Program-made: the position numbers and the translations under genes | In this document: piece by piece, positions 21,501 through 34,143 of the stretch | Layout: every line of letters starts with the position of its first letter | Position numbering within the stretch: the stretch's first letter is position 1 | Assembly (NCBI GenBank): GCA_950097015.1 | Contig: CATNEN010000011.1 | Span: 620,001 to 684,000 of the forward strand | Reading direction: 5' to 3' | DNA from: Macrostomum hystrix | Lineage: Eukaryota > Animalia > Platyhelminthes | DNA length: 64,000 nucleotides | The notes under the pieces: generated by a model | Databases searched by the model: none | Told to the model about the DNA's origin: nothing | Seen by the model: the letters and a program-made list of their open reading frames with translations, nothing else

Positions 21501-23079
21501 TTATAAGTTTCATTTTTGGTGACGATATACAATTTCTTCCTTTGAAAGCAGGTCGTCACTATGTTGTCTGGAATGATGTCTCTGAAATGTTTTTCAATTT
21601 CTACGCTTAATTTAGCATTACGTAACACCGTCTTTCTTATCAGTCTCCTGTCGGATCTCTTCTATCTGATATATTGTGCTATCCGTATCAAGTCTCATAT
21701 CTCTTCTACAATAAATCTCTTTCTAATTCCTATAGGGCAACGCAGTTTAAGCAAATTGTAAAATTGAGAACTCACCGAAGCCAATCCATATAGCTTATCA
21801 AATGCGAATCAACATCAAACAGCTCATTACTCGATTGTTCAGTTTTTATAGCATTGGGGCGGCCAGGATGGATAAAAATCACCAGGATTAAGCCGACAAT
21901 GACAGCTAACAGTGTCCTCACAATGTAGTACACAGCTGTTATAATAGTCATTTTGGTTGAAGACCATGGCGCAAGGCTAGTGATGCCTGCGTTGTAAAGT
22001 TATGCACAAACAAGCATTTATATTTATTGTTTTATGCCCGTCGAGCCAGATGTTCAGCCAGTGGCACAGCCGCCCAAGCTATTGCACAGCGGTGTTCAGT
22101 CCGTGGACTGGAGAGACCGCCTGCACCCACCCTAGTTTCTAACCCAAATCAAATTCTTAGATGCTGGCACCTATTTACAACTGGCTAGGGAATAGCTTCG
22201 GGGTAAGTGACAGAGCGTTTAACACGTTTGCCCTCGTACTAAGGTAGCTCGAATCCTGCGGCGAGGCCACATTCATTTGGGGCGCAGCCGCGGGGAGAAC
22301 GCTTGGGGGCTTGTTGTGCAATTTAGGCCCTTGAGGGCCAACCTCCAAGGCACAGTGAGAGTGTACACTGCCTGACGATGAGAAAGTCAGGGCAGACGTA
22401 CACACCTGTGTGAGTGTGTGCCTATGTACAGCGTTTGTCTGCGTGTGTGCTCAGGAATCAGCGAAATGGGCAGAATTGCCTCCTCGCTGGCTGCGTGTCT
22501 AGTGTCATCAAATAATGTGGCATTGCCCGCAGCCCATCTGCAATTATTATTATTATTAGTAATTCACTATATATATTATTAAAGTGAACAGCTTTTCCTG
22601 TTTGTTGAATTTTGAAACTACGAACACTGGGCTACATGCTCCCTTATTGTAGTTTGTATTAGATTGTAACTAGTTGGCTGTGCTTATAATTGTGAATTGG
22701 GCGACAAGTAACGCACTGAATATATTGTAATAGAATAAGAGTTTTGAAATCTACCTGAAACAAGGGTTGAGACTAGCAGCGGTATCATGAGCATCTTGAG
22801 CATGTTAAACAGAAGATCGCCGAAAAATTTGAAAACCATGATAACCTTTAGGCTAGGATTAGTCTTGCGAAGGAGCATACCAGTCATCACGCCCAGTAGA
22901 ACGGCCAGAATAGTCAGCAGCAGTAGAATTTTGTCAGTTTTCTGAAACCTTGCGCATCTACGAGTAGCCTTTCTGCTTTTAATAGAGATCGAGTCGTAGG
23001 ATGGCAGCTGCTGCACACTCGGCCTGGCCAATTCCTGCGATGCGGTCGATCTTCTGCTTTCACTTGCTTCGAAGCGCAT
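18521..23079 (-). CDS. SLC1/EAAT-family glutamate/aspartate transporter, copy 2, complete (7 exons, ~526 aa)
   Basis: Exons 23079-22755, 21986-21776, 21581-21433, 21283-21157, 20432-20004, 19181-19047, 18725-18521 total 1581 nt, all GT-AG with matching phases. Motifs SSSATLP, NMDGTALYEA, HP2 GATSVPGARL, AVDWLLDRIRTSINVLGD. Confidence 0.93.
22191..22536 (+). mobile_element. tRNA-derived SINE-like repeat in EAAT copy 2 intron 1
   Basis: Paralogous to the 2150-2495 copy. Confidence 0.7.
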
Positions 23080-25169
23080 CACCAATCGATAATGATTGCA
23101 GTTTCTAGTCAATTTGTGCTTAACAGGACCCTGTATTGTTTAGTAGGAGGAAAAAGTAAAAATTATTTTTTACTTTATAAAAATCATGGACTTCTCTGGT
23201 TAGGATGTGGAACGGAAACGAAAATCTAAGCTAGATTTTTTCTACAACATGGGGCCCTGGTTTTCAAGCATACCGAGTAAGCTTTATCCACCCAGTTTGG
23301 AACATAAACATGTCTGCAAACCCCAAACCTACGAGCCAAGTCAATTCGAACAAATACTCGTATTTTGTTTTGCAGTCAGTTTGACTTTAGGAGCAGTTGA
23401 CTTAATCCAAAGTGGCAGAACGCAACACTCGAGGCCCATAGTAACAGTATTTGGCTGCGAACACTTGCACTGGGACCGACCACTTGCACTTGCTCACTGG
23501 CTGACGGCGTGGCCAGATTGTCACTCACAGCGGTTGCAACCTGCCGGAGTGTCCGGTCGCGCTTCCTGGCGACGGACGATGGACTCGAACCATCTAATCG
23601 CGAGTGGACCGCGGCAGGGATGCCAGCTCAACGACATCCATCGCACTTGGCAAGTCAGCGATTTCCGGCAACTCGTCTGTCGCCGCACCACCCACATCCT
23701 CTCTTCTCTCTCCACCTCTTATTCACACTTCCTTCAACATATCGAAAGTTTCGTCTTTGTCCAAACTTTCCATCAAAAGCCATTTGTTTTCGTCGCTTCT
23801 ACCAATCCTACACCGACTCCAGACTGATTCTGTTCCAGCGATCGTAGTCTATGGCCTAATCGTTCAGCAGCGTCACCTATTGGCGCTGCTAAATGTAAAT
23901 ATAAAGACCGGCTATTGAGGATAGCGCCCGAGGTCACAGACTTTGATACCCGAAATAGCCGGTCTCTATTGTCATTTGCCAATGTATACCGGCTATTGAG
24001 GGTATCAATGGTGACCGAGGACGCGCAGCGCTGCACGACGACGGAAATTTTTTTCTATAAAAAAAAACAAATCGTATTTCCATACCTCTCACACTTTTTC
24101 GCACTCCCTTGAGCACACTGGTTGGGTTAGAACACTGTTTGCTTAATGAGATAATTGAAATAACTGAATTTATTATGACATTAAACATTTAAAGCACAGC
24201 AGCACACGCAACACAGCACGCAAAGCTTTAAAATATTTAATAATATGCATATAAAGGATTAGTTCAGTCAGTATTTAGGCTAGCAATAAATGCACGAATG
24301 CAGAAATAACAGAAACTAATTACATAACAAGCTAGCTTACTATTATATTTATAAATCAGAGTTTGATGCTGCAATGAAAAGAAAAAAGCCGAATGAAGCA
24401 TAACATTAAACTTTTAACCACTACTTAATAAGCATGTATTTGCTACAACATCAAGTATACAAAGTGGTCACAAACAAAAAAGATTTTAAGGGAGACTTAA
24501 AGAAATTAGAATTTGCTTCGAAAATGAGTGAATAGTTAAGCTACCTGGGTTATAGGATGCTATTGTACATAGTTAGCTTTAGACCGGGATAATTACAGCA
24601 TTTTATATACAACCAGCTTATTGTGAATATTAGGAGGCAGAACAAATTAGTTGTTGCATGAAACTAAAACTGCGTAAAAACACAACAGTAGAATTTCTCG
24701 TGGGCCATTGTATTTCATTGAATAGGATAATCTCATTGGATTTACAATTCATAGAGATTGTAATTATAGTTCTGGCAATTATGAAGGGCTTATAGTTCTG
24801 GAAATTATCAAGGGATTATAATTCTGGGGATTATCAATGGAATATAATTCTAGGAATTATCAGGGATTACAGTTCTGGGGGATTATGAACGAATGAAAAA
24901 CTGGGTTTATAAATAACAGAATTCGACTGTAGATGATCTAAAATACAATATTTTAATTGATTGAGCCCAGGGACAATGAATTTGCATCTACGGCGATTCG
25001 AAAATTCCAATCATCTGGCCCTCTGGTTTAAAAAATCAAAACTTTAACATCGGTAAAAATTAAAGTTAACATGTTGACAATAAAACAAATAAAACAACAT
25101 AGTATTAATTAATCAGACACAAAAAATTCACACTCAGGCAGTTTATACTTCCAAACCTGGTTTAACTTA

Positions 25170-28100
25170 TCAGCGCAGTGTTTTACGCCTACGCAGTCGT
25201 TCAAGGCTGGCTTCAACGGAGGCAGCCGCTCCGCTACCAGCCTGCTGCGCGCCGGCAGACAGTCGGCGCTTCTTTGTAGCCGAAGCAGCCCCAGCAGCAG
25301 CGCCGCTCTTCTGCGCCGCCTCTTTCTGAGGCGGCTTCTGCTTTGATTTAGCTGCCGAATTTGTAGCAGTAGCGGTAGATACTACTACCGGCGCAGCGGC
25401 AGCAGTAGTAGCCGTTGATCTGGTCTGTCTGCGCGATCCGGCTGAACCTAAAGTTGGCGTTGGTGCACCGGCGCTGGCCTGATTCGGTGTCACAGGCAGG
25501 TAGAAACTAACCGGATTAGGATCAGCTGGTGTTGGCCCGTCGGCAAAGGCGGCAGCAGCAGCAGCGCCACCTGGGGATCGTTTAAATGCCGGCGAAAACA
25601 GTGTGCGATCACTGGCCTGCCGCTTCAGCGACTGTCCGATGCTTGGCTTAGCAGTAAGCGCGGATGGCGTTCTTCCAGAAGCAGCAGTGGCAGTTTTCGC
25701 AGCGTGACCGTGAGCATTAGTGCCTGGCCTGTTAGCATTCTGCCATTTTTCGCAATGAACCAGCAGATCCTGCAGGCAGATTGGCTGCTCGGGCTCAACG
25801 CTGACTTCGCCTTCGACAAGAGTTGGGGAGTCGCGTTGTAGGCCGAGTCTGGCTAGGGTGAGGTCACGCTGCTCGCTGCGCAATTGGGACATTGGCCTGC
25901 CAGGAGGATCCAGCATGACAACTAGGGCGGTAATGTTGTCAGCGCGAAGGTCGGCCCGCATCCAGCGATGCATCGCCAGTTGAACTAGGCTGCCACTGGG
26001 GTTGTAGAAAAAGTTAGGCGGCACGTCCGGGTCGGTAAACACCTATGTGGCGGGGCGTTTGATAGATTCAACTGGCCGTTAATTAAGGCTTAACAATTTT
26101 GATTTGGTGGGCTAAGAACGATCGATTTAAAGGGCGAAGAATGGTTGATTTAGGGATGGATAAAAATCTATTTAAAATCGGTTTAGGGGCAAAGAATGAT
26201 CGATTTGAGACACTAGTAAGTCAGCAATATACAAGTCAAGGGATGACCAATCAAGGAAGCTAGGCAATTAGGTACTAACCTTGAGCTCTGTAGATCTTTC
26301 GCAGATTCGGACCATCTCCACAGCGCTATCGGGAGCCACCATATTCCAGAGTCCGTCAGATCCCAATATTAAGCACTTGTGCTTATTATAATCCAAATTT
26401 ATGCACTGTACATCTGGTTCAGGTGAGACGTGAAATTGTGACGATTCCTTGTCGTAGGACCAAAGATCGCCGAGTGAGCGAGCCACGGCTAGGAATGGCA
26501 CAGGAACAGTTTCAAACTGCTTCGATGACTGCATCTGAGGTGAGTCTCCGATAGCTGCCGGCCTGCGCCACACTACTCTGTAGACGCCGCCTCTCTTCAT
26601 TAAGCTACCGCCGGCTCGTTCGATTCTCTCCCGCTCCTTGGGATTCGACGGCTTGTGCTCAACTGTTAGAGTCTGGGCTTGCCAGAGATCGCGTGACTGT
26701 TCGCGATTATCGCGACAGCCTAGCACAATGGCCGAGTCGCCAACGTGGCCAATGTACAGTTTGCGATTGCGCACAATCGCTATGGATGCTGTGGTGCCAG
26801 CTGTACTGTCAAGACCGCGAACAGTCTTGGCCCAACTGCCTGTTCATTTAGAGTTAATAGATACGAATGTAATTGCTAATTAGAAGCTGTTAAATTAAAT
26901 AAGTTACTATGACCATAAAGTTAATTTTTTTAAAGTGTACATATAATGTCAATATTATGTGTGGCACTTGCATAGCTTGACATAGTTCTCATTTTCTCAT
27001 AGTTCTCATAGTTTTGGGAACTATGTTAAGCACCTAAACTGATGAATTCTAGCAAACGTAAGCAGCAAGAGCCCTTAAAAAGAGAAATGAGAAAATTACA
27101 TAGATTGTGAGGCTGATTTTAGAGGATCAGATGGTAGAAATGTAGGAATCACTCTTTTTGTGAAAGATAAAAAAACGAATGCCATAAAAAATACACAAAA
27201 ATGAAAAATGATATATTCATGACCAAAATATATGTTGAAACACAATACATACCCACCATACCCAATCTATATATATAAAAGTGAAAACTCTGTCTGTCTG
27301 TCTGTGTGTGTGTGTGTGTGTGTGTGCAACCTTTTGTCTTTATAGACGCCGAAACCGCTCAACCAAATCGCACCAAACTTTGCACATACCTAAAACCACC
27401 TACGCTGAGTGCAATAGGCTACTCAAATTCCCGAAAAATCATTTCCTTCCTGCTCAAAAGTGCAAAAAACTGCTCAAAAATCGTCAAAAAATCACTCAAT
27501 TCGACATATCGTCGCCCCACTTTGTCAGATTTTCTCCAAATTTGATCCACTTACACTTTACATGTTTTCCAACAATGCTATCAAATTTTGAACATCTCTA
27601 CACAATCCAGAGCAAAGCTGCATCATCTCAAAGTGAGTCACTTTTTGTTTTCCGAGGGCAGCCACCCCAACTCCCCTCCGCCACTCTGCGGGCCAAATTT
27701 TATTACAGCCACCCCCTCCCTTCCCCGGGCGCCGAAGCCCCAGACTGCACATTGTATTTCAAGCCGTGAATGTACACAGCCCAAACCCCTAGACTGTCTA
27801 CTGGCCCCCAAGCAGCACTGAGACTGAGTGCGGTGAGTGCGGTGGCGTCCCAGTGCGCAGGGCTCTCCGGTCGATATTTGGGTGAGACAGTACAGAAATG
27901 ATGCCGCCAACGAAATTAACTACCAACTGCTTCAGGAGTTGCCAGGTGCAGTTTTCACCTACAAGTCAATTGAGACAACGTTGACTGATGACACCGCTGT
28001 GGAGTATCCTGTTGAGTTTCTGAACTCTCTAGATCCTCCTGGAACTCCATCGCACAACTTGCAGCTGAAAGTTGGGGCACCAACTATGCTCCTCCGCAAC

Positions 28101-31100
28101 CTGAATGCGCCAAGGCTGTGTAACGGCACCAGACTGATAGTCAGGCGGCTCTTCCCACACGTGATTGAGGCCACGATAATGACTGGATCTGGCAGAGGAG
28201 AGTCTGTGTTCGTTCCCCGGATTCCAATTATCCCCACGGACCTGCCATTTCAGTTCAAGCGACTGCAGTTCCCTGTGAGAGTGTGCTTTGCGATGACTAT
28301 TAACAAGGCTCAGGGACAGTCGCTGAAGGTGGCTGGCATCAACCTGGAGACTCCTTGCTTCTCGCATGGGCAGCTTTATGTCGCCTGCTCCCGTGTTGGA
28401 ACTCCAGCCTATTCATTTTCGCACCAAGGGGAAGAACGAAGAATGTGGTGTATCCCCAGGCCTTGAGGTGACTCGCAAGCAATTAATAGAAAAGTAGTCA
28501 CGAATTGACCTTGACCTGTCTAACTCTGAACTCTGAAACAGTTTAATTTTGTTTCTTTGACATTGTTATTGTTATGCCATGGCTATTTTCCTTATGTATA
28601 CGCGTGTACATGCATACTGTATACAGAGGCAGATTTAGGGGGGGCGGGGGGGCAGTCGCCCCCCTAAATTTTAATCATGGGAATAAGATGCCCCCACCAG
28701 GGGCACCAGTCGCAGCACTGGCGCCCCTTTTCGGCCGCTGGCGCCCCTTTTTCAGCCGCTGGCTCCCGTTTTTCAGCCGCTGGCGCCCTTTCTTGGCTCC
28801 TGGCGCCCTTTTTCGGCCGCTGGCACCCCCTCTATGATTCTCATGGCGCTCCCCTGACAGACCGCCCCAAAACAAAATTCCTGGATCTGCCACTGACTGT
28901 ATAGAGGAGTGGCTAAGAGACATGTTTCTAAAGAAGTAATCAAGAGGGGGCTGTTTGGACTAACTTTTCACTTATTTTTTACTTAAAACGCCCTTAAACA
29001 AACTCTTCACTTTTCATTAATGCAGTAAATAGATAAATGGTGACCTTCACTATAAAGTTAATACAGAGACGTGAATTGCTTACTGCTTTGCTTTAAATTT
29101 CTGCCCCAAAAACAACGGGCAAAAAAAGCTAGTATAGTTATAAATCAAAAGTTTAGAGTTTTATATTCTTTTTTCTATTTTATATAGCATTTATATACTT
29201 CTATATACTTCTAGACATAATAAAATACCTATAGGTTTATTATACTAAAATCAATATCACTTTTTACCACTGGCATAGTTTAGGTCAACCAACATACATG
29301 TGCAACACCCGGCCGAACTGGCCAGGTGAAACAAGGGCCAAGCAAGGTAAGTTGCAAAAACCAATCAACCAAGCACAAAAAAATCAAAGGGGGGACCAAG
29401 GGACAAAAAAGAAGGTGTGAAGAAAAGGAAAAAGGGGAGAGAAAAATAGAGCGAACTAAGTCATAAATAGAGCAAAAACTAGGTCGCACGGCCCGCTAAG
29501 ATTTGGGAGGTTGCATATGTATGTCAACCAAGCTAAACTAAGCTCATAGGTGTAGTTAAGAAATTAGGCTTCTTATAAAAAGTACAAATATGCTTACTAT
29601 GTACTAACAATATTGGCAAAAAAAATTTTTGCAAGTTTTATTGCTGATTGTCTTGAATTATACTCTTTTAAAATTTAAATTGTATTTGGATTTCAAATTG
29701 GCAGCACAAAATTAAAAGCTAGAGATTTTATCATTTACCCCTCTATCATACTTCTGTAATTTAGAGTTTACACAACTAGTTATTGGCAATGACTATACTA
29801 CCAGTGGTCATGGCAGGTCTCCTAAATTTTCGCACCAGCCAAATTTTTTCGTGCCATAGGTACTATACATACAGCTAAGAATACCCAACAAAAAGAAGTT
29901 ATGATAACTGTGGTATAGATAAGTTAGCAATACAAAATTACAAATGTAGCTTAAAGTGTAAAATTAGACAGACAGTGTAAGTTGTACTATTGCATAGAAA
30001 ATATTAAAAGGAGGTTAGATTTGAACAGTGCGCTGAGACTGAGAGATCATACAGCAATCTAAAGAGTTCACCCTGTCTGGTCCGTTTGTTGTAAAGTTAA
30101 GCAACATTTGGATCAAACTATATACAGATCTACAGTTTTTCCCAGATTTAGTTGGCATTTGTTAAAAAGTAATTATAAAGGATGCTAAATATAGAACTAT
30201 TACTTGATAATCGATTAAGGATCATAGTTCAATAGTGCACAGTGGATAGGAAGCACGCCAGAGCTAGATGGACTCGTCAGTCATCACGTCGGAACTTCTC
30301 CGCAATGTCTTCAGGAAGTCCGTTTACAATGGCCATATCCGCAGCCTTTCGCTTGATCACTGCCTCAGTGATTCGCTCCACCTCTTGTTCCTTTTGCTTG
30401 CGAATGCGCTCCTGTTCCTTGCGAAGGATTTCCAGCTCTCTGTCCCTCTCTTCAGTCTTTGGCCTAACCTCATCAAGCAGTTGAAGTGCTGCAGCCTTCT
30501 CCTTTATTTTTTGTTCAATCTCCATCTCCTTGGCCTCTGCCTCACCCTGTAGGGTGCTCAGCTCCTTGCTCGCCTTCTTCTCAGCTGCAACCTCAGAAAA
30601 CACCATCCCCAACAGTTTCTGGGACTGCTTTAGTTTCTCGGCAGCCAACTCGTCTCTTAGCCTCTGACGGTATGCTGCATGTGCACTGGCACACATGTTC
30701 TGCAGCACCAGAGTGACAGACAAATTCGCAGCAGTCCACTGCTGAAGATTCAGGCACGATTGACTGACGGTAAGATTTTTGACCATGAACAGCACTAAGC
30801 TCTGCCACTTCTTCATGATGGTGCCTCTCAGCTAACTGAACACTCACTCAACTTCCGCGTTCCCATGGGGCAAAACAAGTAGTTCTTGTACTAATCTCAT
30901 CAGCAGCAGGATGATTTCCAGCATTCAAAATGGACTCCCAGAAGCTGACGACATTGTCGTTTGGGGTAGAGGTAGACACATCCTCCTGTTGAAGACGCAC
31001 CGATCCTATATCTGCCGATATAAACTATTCAGTAACAACAAATTAAGACATGCACATGTGAATATGAAGGTCAAATTAGTTATGGAGGTACAGAACATCA

Positions 31101-32051
31101 TGAAATGTAATTATTCAAATGGGTGCCTGGAGTTTAAAGCTTCTTAATGGAAAAATAGCGCAAAAATGGGGGAATATTATTCATATTTTTGTGCCATTAG
31201 CCATCCGCATTTTTTGCGCCATGGTCACAGAAATTGCGTATTTGCGCCATTTTCGCACAGGCGCAAATTCGCGCCACCACCACCACTATATACTACGTTA
31301 GGCTATTTAAAAGAATAATATTTAAGAGTGACTGTTGAATTGAGAATAATGATGTACCCATTTTAAAAAGGATATCCATGTATTTAAAAAATTACATTGT
31401 ACATTTTTTCTAGTCTAAAAGCTTATGTGAAATTACTTAAATTTAGTAAAATAAATAGTTTTGTAATGATTTTTAAAAAGCAACATTTGTAACAAAAAGG
31501 CTAAGTTGCACTAGGCCTAGTATAAATAAATCAAAATATATTGTTGATCAAAATATATTGTATTCCTATTCAATTTTTCTTTAGCTATAGTATAAGCCAA
31601 TGTTTGGTTAGGCCCCTATGGAAATAAAAGAAGCTTAATTTTATATTCAATATATCTCAAGATTTACCTTAACAGATGCCAAACTAAAAGATGTACAAAA
31701 AAGAATAAAATACTTATGGTAATGATTAGGCCTACCTCTTTCATTCCACATGGCCTTATGGGTGTTAATAAAGCCTTGCCTTATTGCTTCTAAAACAGCA
31801 TTGTCATCTGTTGACCAGAAACCGTCAATTTTTTTAATTTCATTTAACAAATGTGCCTTTGCATACTTTGCAGCTTCAGAACCACCATGGCCATCGAAAA
31901 CACCAAAGTAGGCAAATCGAATTCGATCAGAATCTGGTTTGTCAGGAGATTTTTCAAAATAGTAAGTTGCAAAATCCTCCATGTAAACTCGCATGCCTTG
32001 ATTAAGACATTCTGTTACTCGCAAGTTGATCCCTATTTCAAAGTTTTGCAT
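25170..32051 (-). CDS. PPM1D: PP2C-family phosphatase PPM1D/Wip1 orthologue (exons 32051-31736, 26839-26280, 26042-25170; ~582 aa)
   Basis: NQGMRVYMED, FGVFDGHGG, STAGTTAS, HVGDS, EHKP, RVVWRRP, FLAVARSLGDLWSY, ILGSDGLWN, RADN. The RVVW-x-RP B-loop and GDLWSY are PPM1D-specific. Exon phases 1 and 0 match. Confidence 0.93.
27266..29132 (+). mobile_element. Non-autonomous Helitron A (in PPM1D intron 1) carrying the PIF1-like helicase C-terminus
   Basis: A|TC 5' end (TCTATATATATAAAAG), 3' gcccc..cgggc hairpin then CTAG|T. Internal ORF 27837-28466 with LKVG.P.MLLRNLN..RLCNGTRL, RLQFPV, FAMTINKAQGQSL, FSHGQLYVACSRV. Confidence 0.9.
28624..28895. mobile_element. hAT-type MITE (272 bp) nested in Helitron A
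   Basis: Terminal inverted CAG(A/T)GGCAGAT. 8-bp TSD ACTGTATA at 28616-28623 and 28896-28903. Confidence 0.88.
29295..29510. repeat. Dispersed direct repeat (second copy ~33435-33690)
   Basis: Shared ...gtgaaacaagggccaagcaaggtaag..aaaaccaatcaaccaagcacaaaaaa.tcaaagggggg accaagggacaaaaaa... block. Confidence 0.8.
30277..31000 (-). pseudogene. Decayed hAT-like transposase C-terminus (dimerisation-like domain plus coiled-coil tail)
   Basis: Minus-strand translation gives VSFWESIL..HP..RLVQELLVLPHGNAEVE*VFS*L (cf. FW..YP.L..LPHSNA..ER.FS), with stops and frameshifts, followed by CASAHAAYRQRL and a charged coiled coil. Confidence 0.6.
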
Positions 32052-34143
32052 TTTTTGTTCCTTAGAACTTAATAGCCTATATCTAGATATAACAGAGGGA
32101 GGGAGAATGATTAGCTGCAAGGGTTCAACAGATAACAAATAACTAGGCCTAATATAAGCTTAAACGAAAGGGTAAATGAACTTCTAATTTTTTTGGTTAG
32201 CTGGGCCTACTAAAGGTTAAAATCAGGCACCTAGTCTTACCCTTTGGTTAGATTTTTAGGTTGGTTATATAGTAGGGGGGCCTATCTAGTCTAGACTCAA
32301 GTCAATGAAGGCACTTTCGCACTTAACTCTTGGACGAAACGAAACGAAAGGGCTAGGCCTATAGTCAGTCAGTGCTGAATAGGATAGCAACCTATTTCTC
32401 CTTTTAACATACACAGACAGAGTACAACAGCCGAATCGACAGCTTTTTAAAGCAGAAATAAATTGCTACGTTCGATACTAATAACTCAGTATTTTAGTCA
32501 GCCAGGTTCCGATTGCACTTAGCCTGTCTCCCCTGTTTGTAAGGGTGTTAGGGCTTTTTTGAAACTTTTTTGTTCTAGATTATACTTAGTGCATTTTTTG
32601 CTTTTTGAATAGAAGCTACTAAAAACTTTAGAAAGCATTAGAAAATGCTCTAGTTATTTGCTTTCTAGAGTTCAGTTCTCCGTCTTTGTTATTTCTAAAA
32701 AAGAACAAAAATTTAAACTTTTTGTTTCCGAGAATCATTGTTAAAGAAATTAATAAAAAACAAATACATCATTCGTAGTTTCATTATATTATTGAATGTC
32801 TACTAGTTGTGTGCATTTATTTCTTTGCGAAATGCAAATCTATTTGAACTAAGACCTCGCATGCCAAACCAAAAAAACATTTTCTCAAGGTTTTATCTGT
32901 GCCGATTCAGACTTCTTGAATTTTAGTCATATAAAATCCTTTGGCTTTTCCATTTTACTTGGAATTCAAAACATTGACTGACTATTTCTTTTTGCTGTAG
33001 CTTACCTGAAAAGTAAAAAACGTAGGCTATCTATATGTAGATGAGTTAGTACAGGTTTGCTCATGGTTATTGAAACGAAAATTAAAACTAGTCTGATTTT
33101 ACATTATTTTATGAACAATCTTTTATTTATGATTATATAAACAAAGAAATGAGCTGCATTGCAAGAATGTAGTTGTTTCTCTCATGTCATTTGTCATCAT
33201 TTTCGTGGTGTTTGATTTAAACATATTTGGGTAACTACAAAATAGGAGTAATCTCAATACTCAATAGGTCCCCTTGTCTCTATTGAAGTTTAATCCTATT
33301 TATTTGCCATCCACCCTAAAATAGAAAATCTAATTAAAATAGTACTTAATTCCTGATTCCCTATGTACTACAAAAGTGTCGTCATCAGCATAGTAGTTTC
33401 CAAAGTACTCTTGTGCTGTGCATTGCTGCTCATACATGCGCAACACCCCAGCCGACCTGGCTGAACCGGCCGGGTGAAACAAGGGCCAAGCAAGGTAAGT
33501 CGCAAAAACCAATCAACCAAGCACAAAAAATCAAAGGGGGGACCAAGGGACAAAAAAGGAAGGCGTGAAGAAGAGGAAAAGGGGGAGAGAAAAATAGAGC
33601 AAATGAGAGCAAACTAAGTTGCAACTGAGAGCAAACTAAGTTGTAAATAGAGCAAAAACTAAGTTGCATGGCCGGCTAAGATTTGGGAGTTTTCACATGT
33701 ATGATAGCTGCTGCCTGAATGATGGAATGCTTTAGGCTTGCCTAACCAAGTGCAGCTGTCCATTATAATCAAGGCCAATGAGCTGTGGGCTTCCACTCAC
33801 TCCAACAGGGACACTGACTACATCCCTATGTCTTATACCTGCCAAGAACACAATCAGACAAATTAAACTTAATAGTGCTAGACATGGCAGTTTACTAACA
33901 GCCTACTGTTTCTTGAGCTAGACCACAATGGACAAATTATGAGAACAAGACAGTTTTCTTTCTAAGCAAATTTATTTTTATCAAACCTATAAACTTTCAA
34001 ATATCTAGCTAGTTTAGTAATAAGCCATTTTTGTACTTATAACTAAGAGCTTGTAGTTCTTGGCTATAGCTTGGTATTAAATATTATTCAAGGTGCCAGT
34101 CTATATTAGAATTAATAATACTTTTTAGTGACTTATTTATTTA

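Noticed and set aside
27281-27910. ORFs in the Helitron 5' module (also 35767-36483 and 38243-38825)
   Set aside because: They begin in microsatellites, their frames differ among the three copies, and no domain is recognisable.
28574-28923. Short GC-rich ORFs (also 34314-34710)
   Set aside because: They are chance ORFs across the hAT MITE's internal tandem units.
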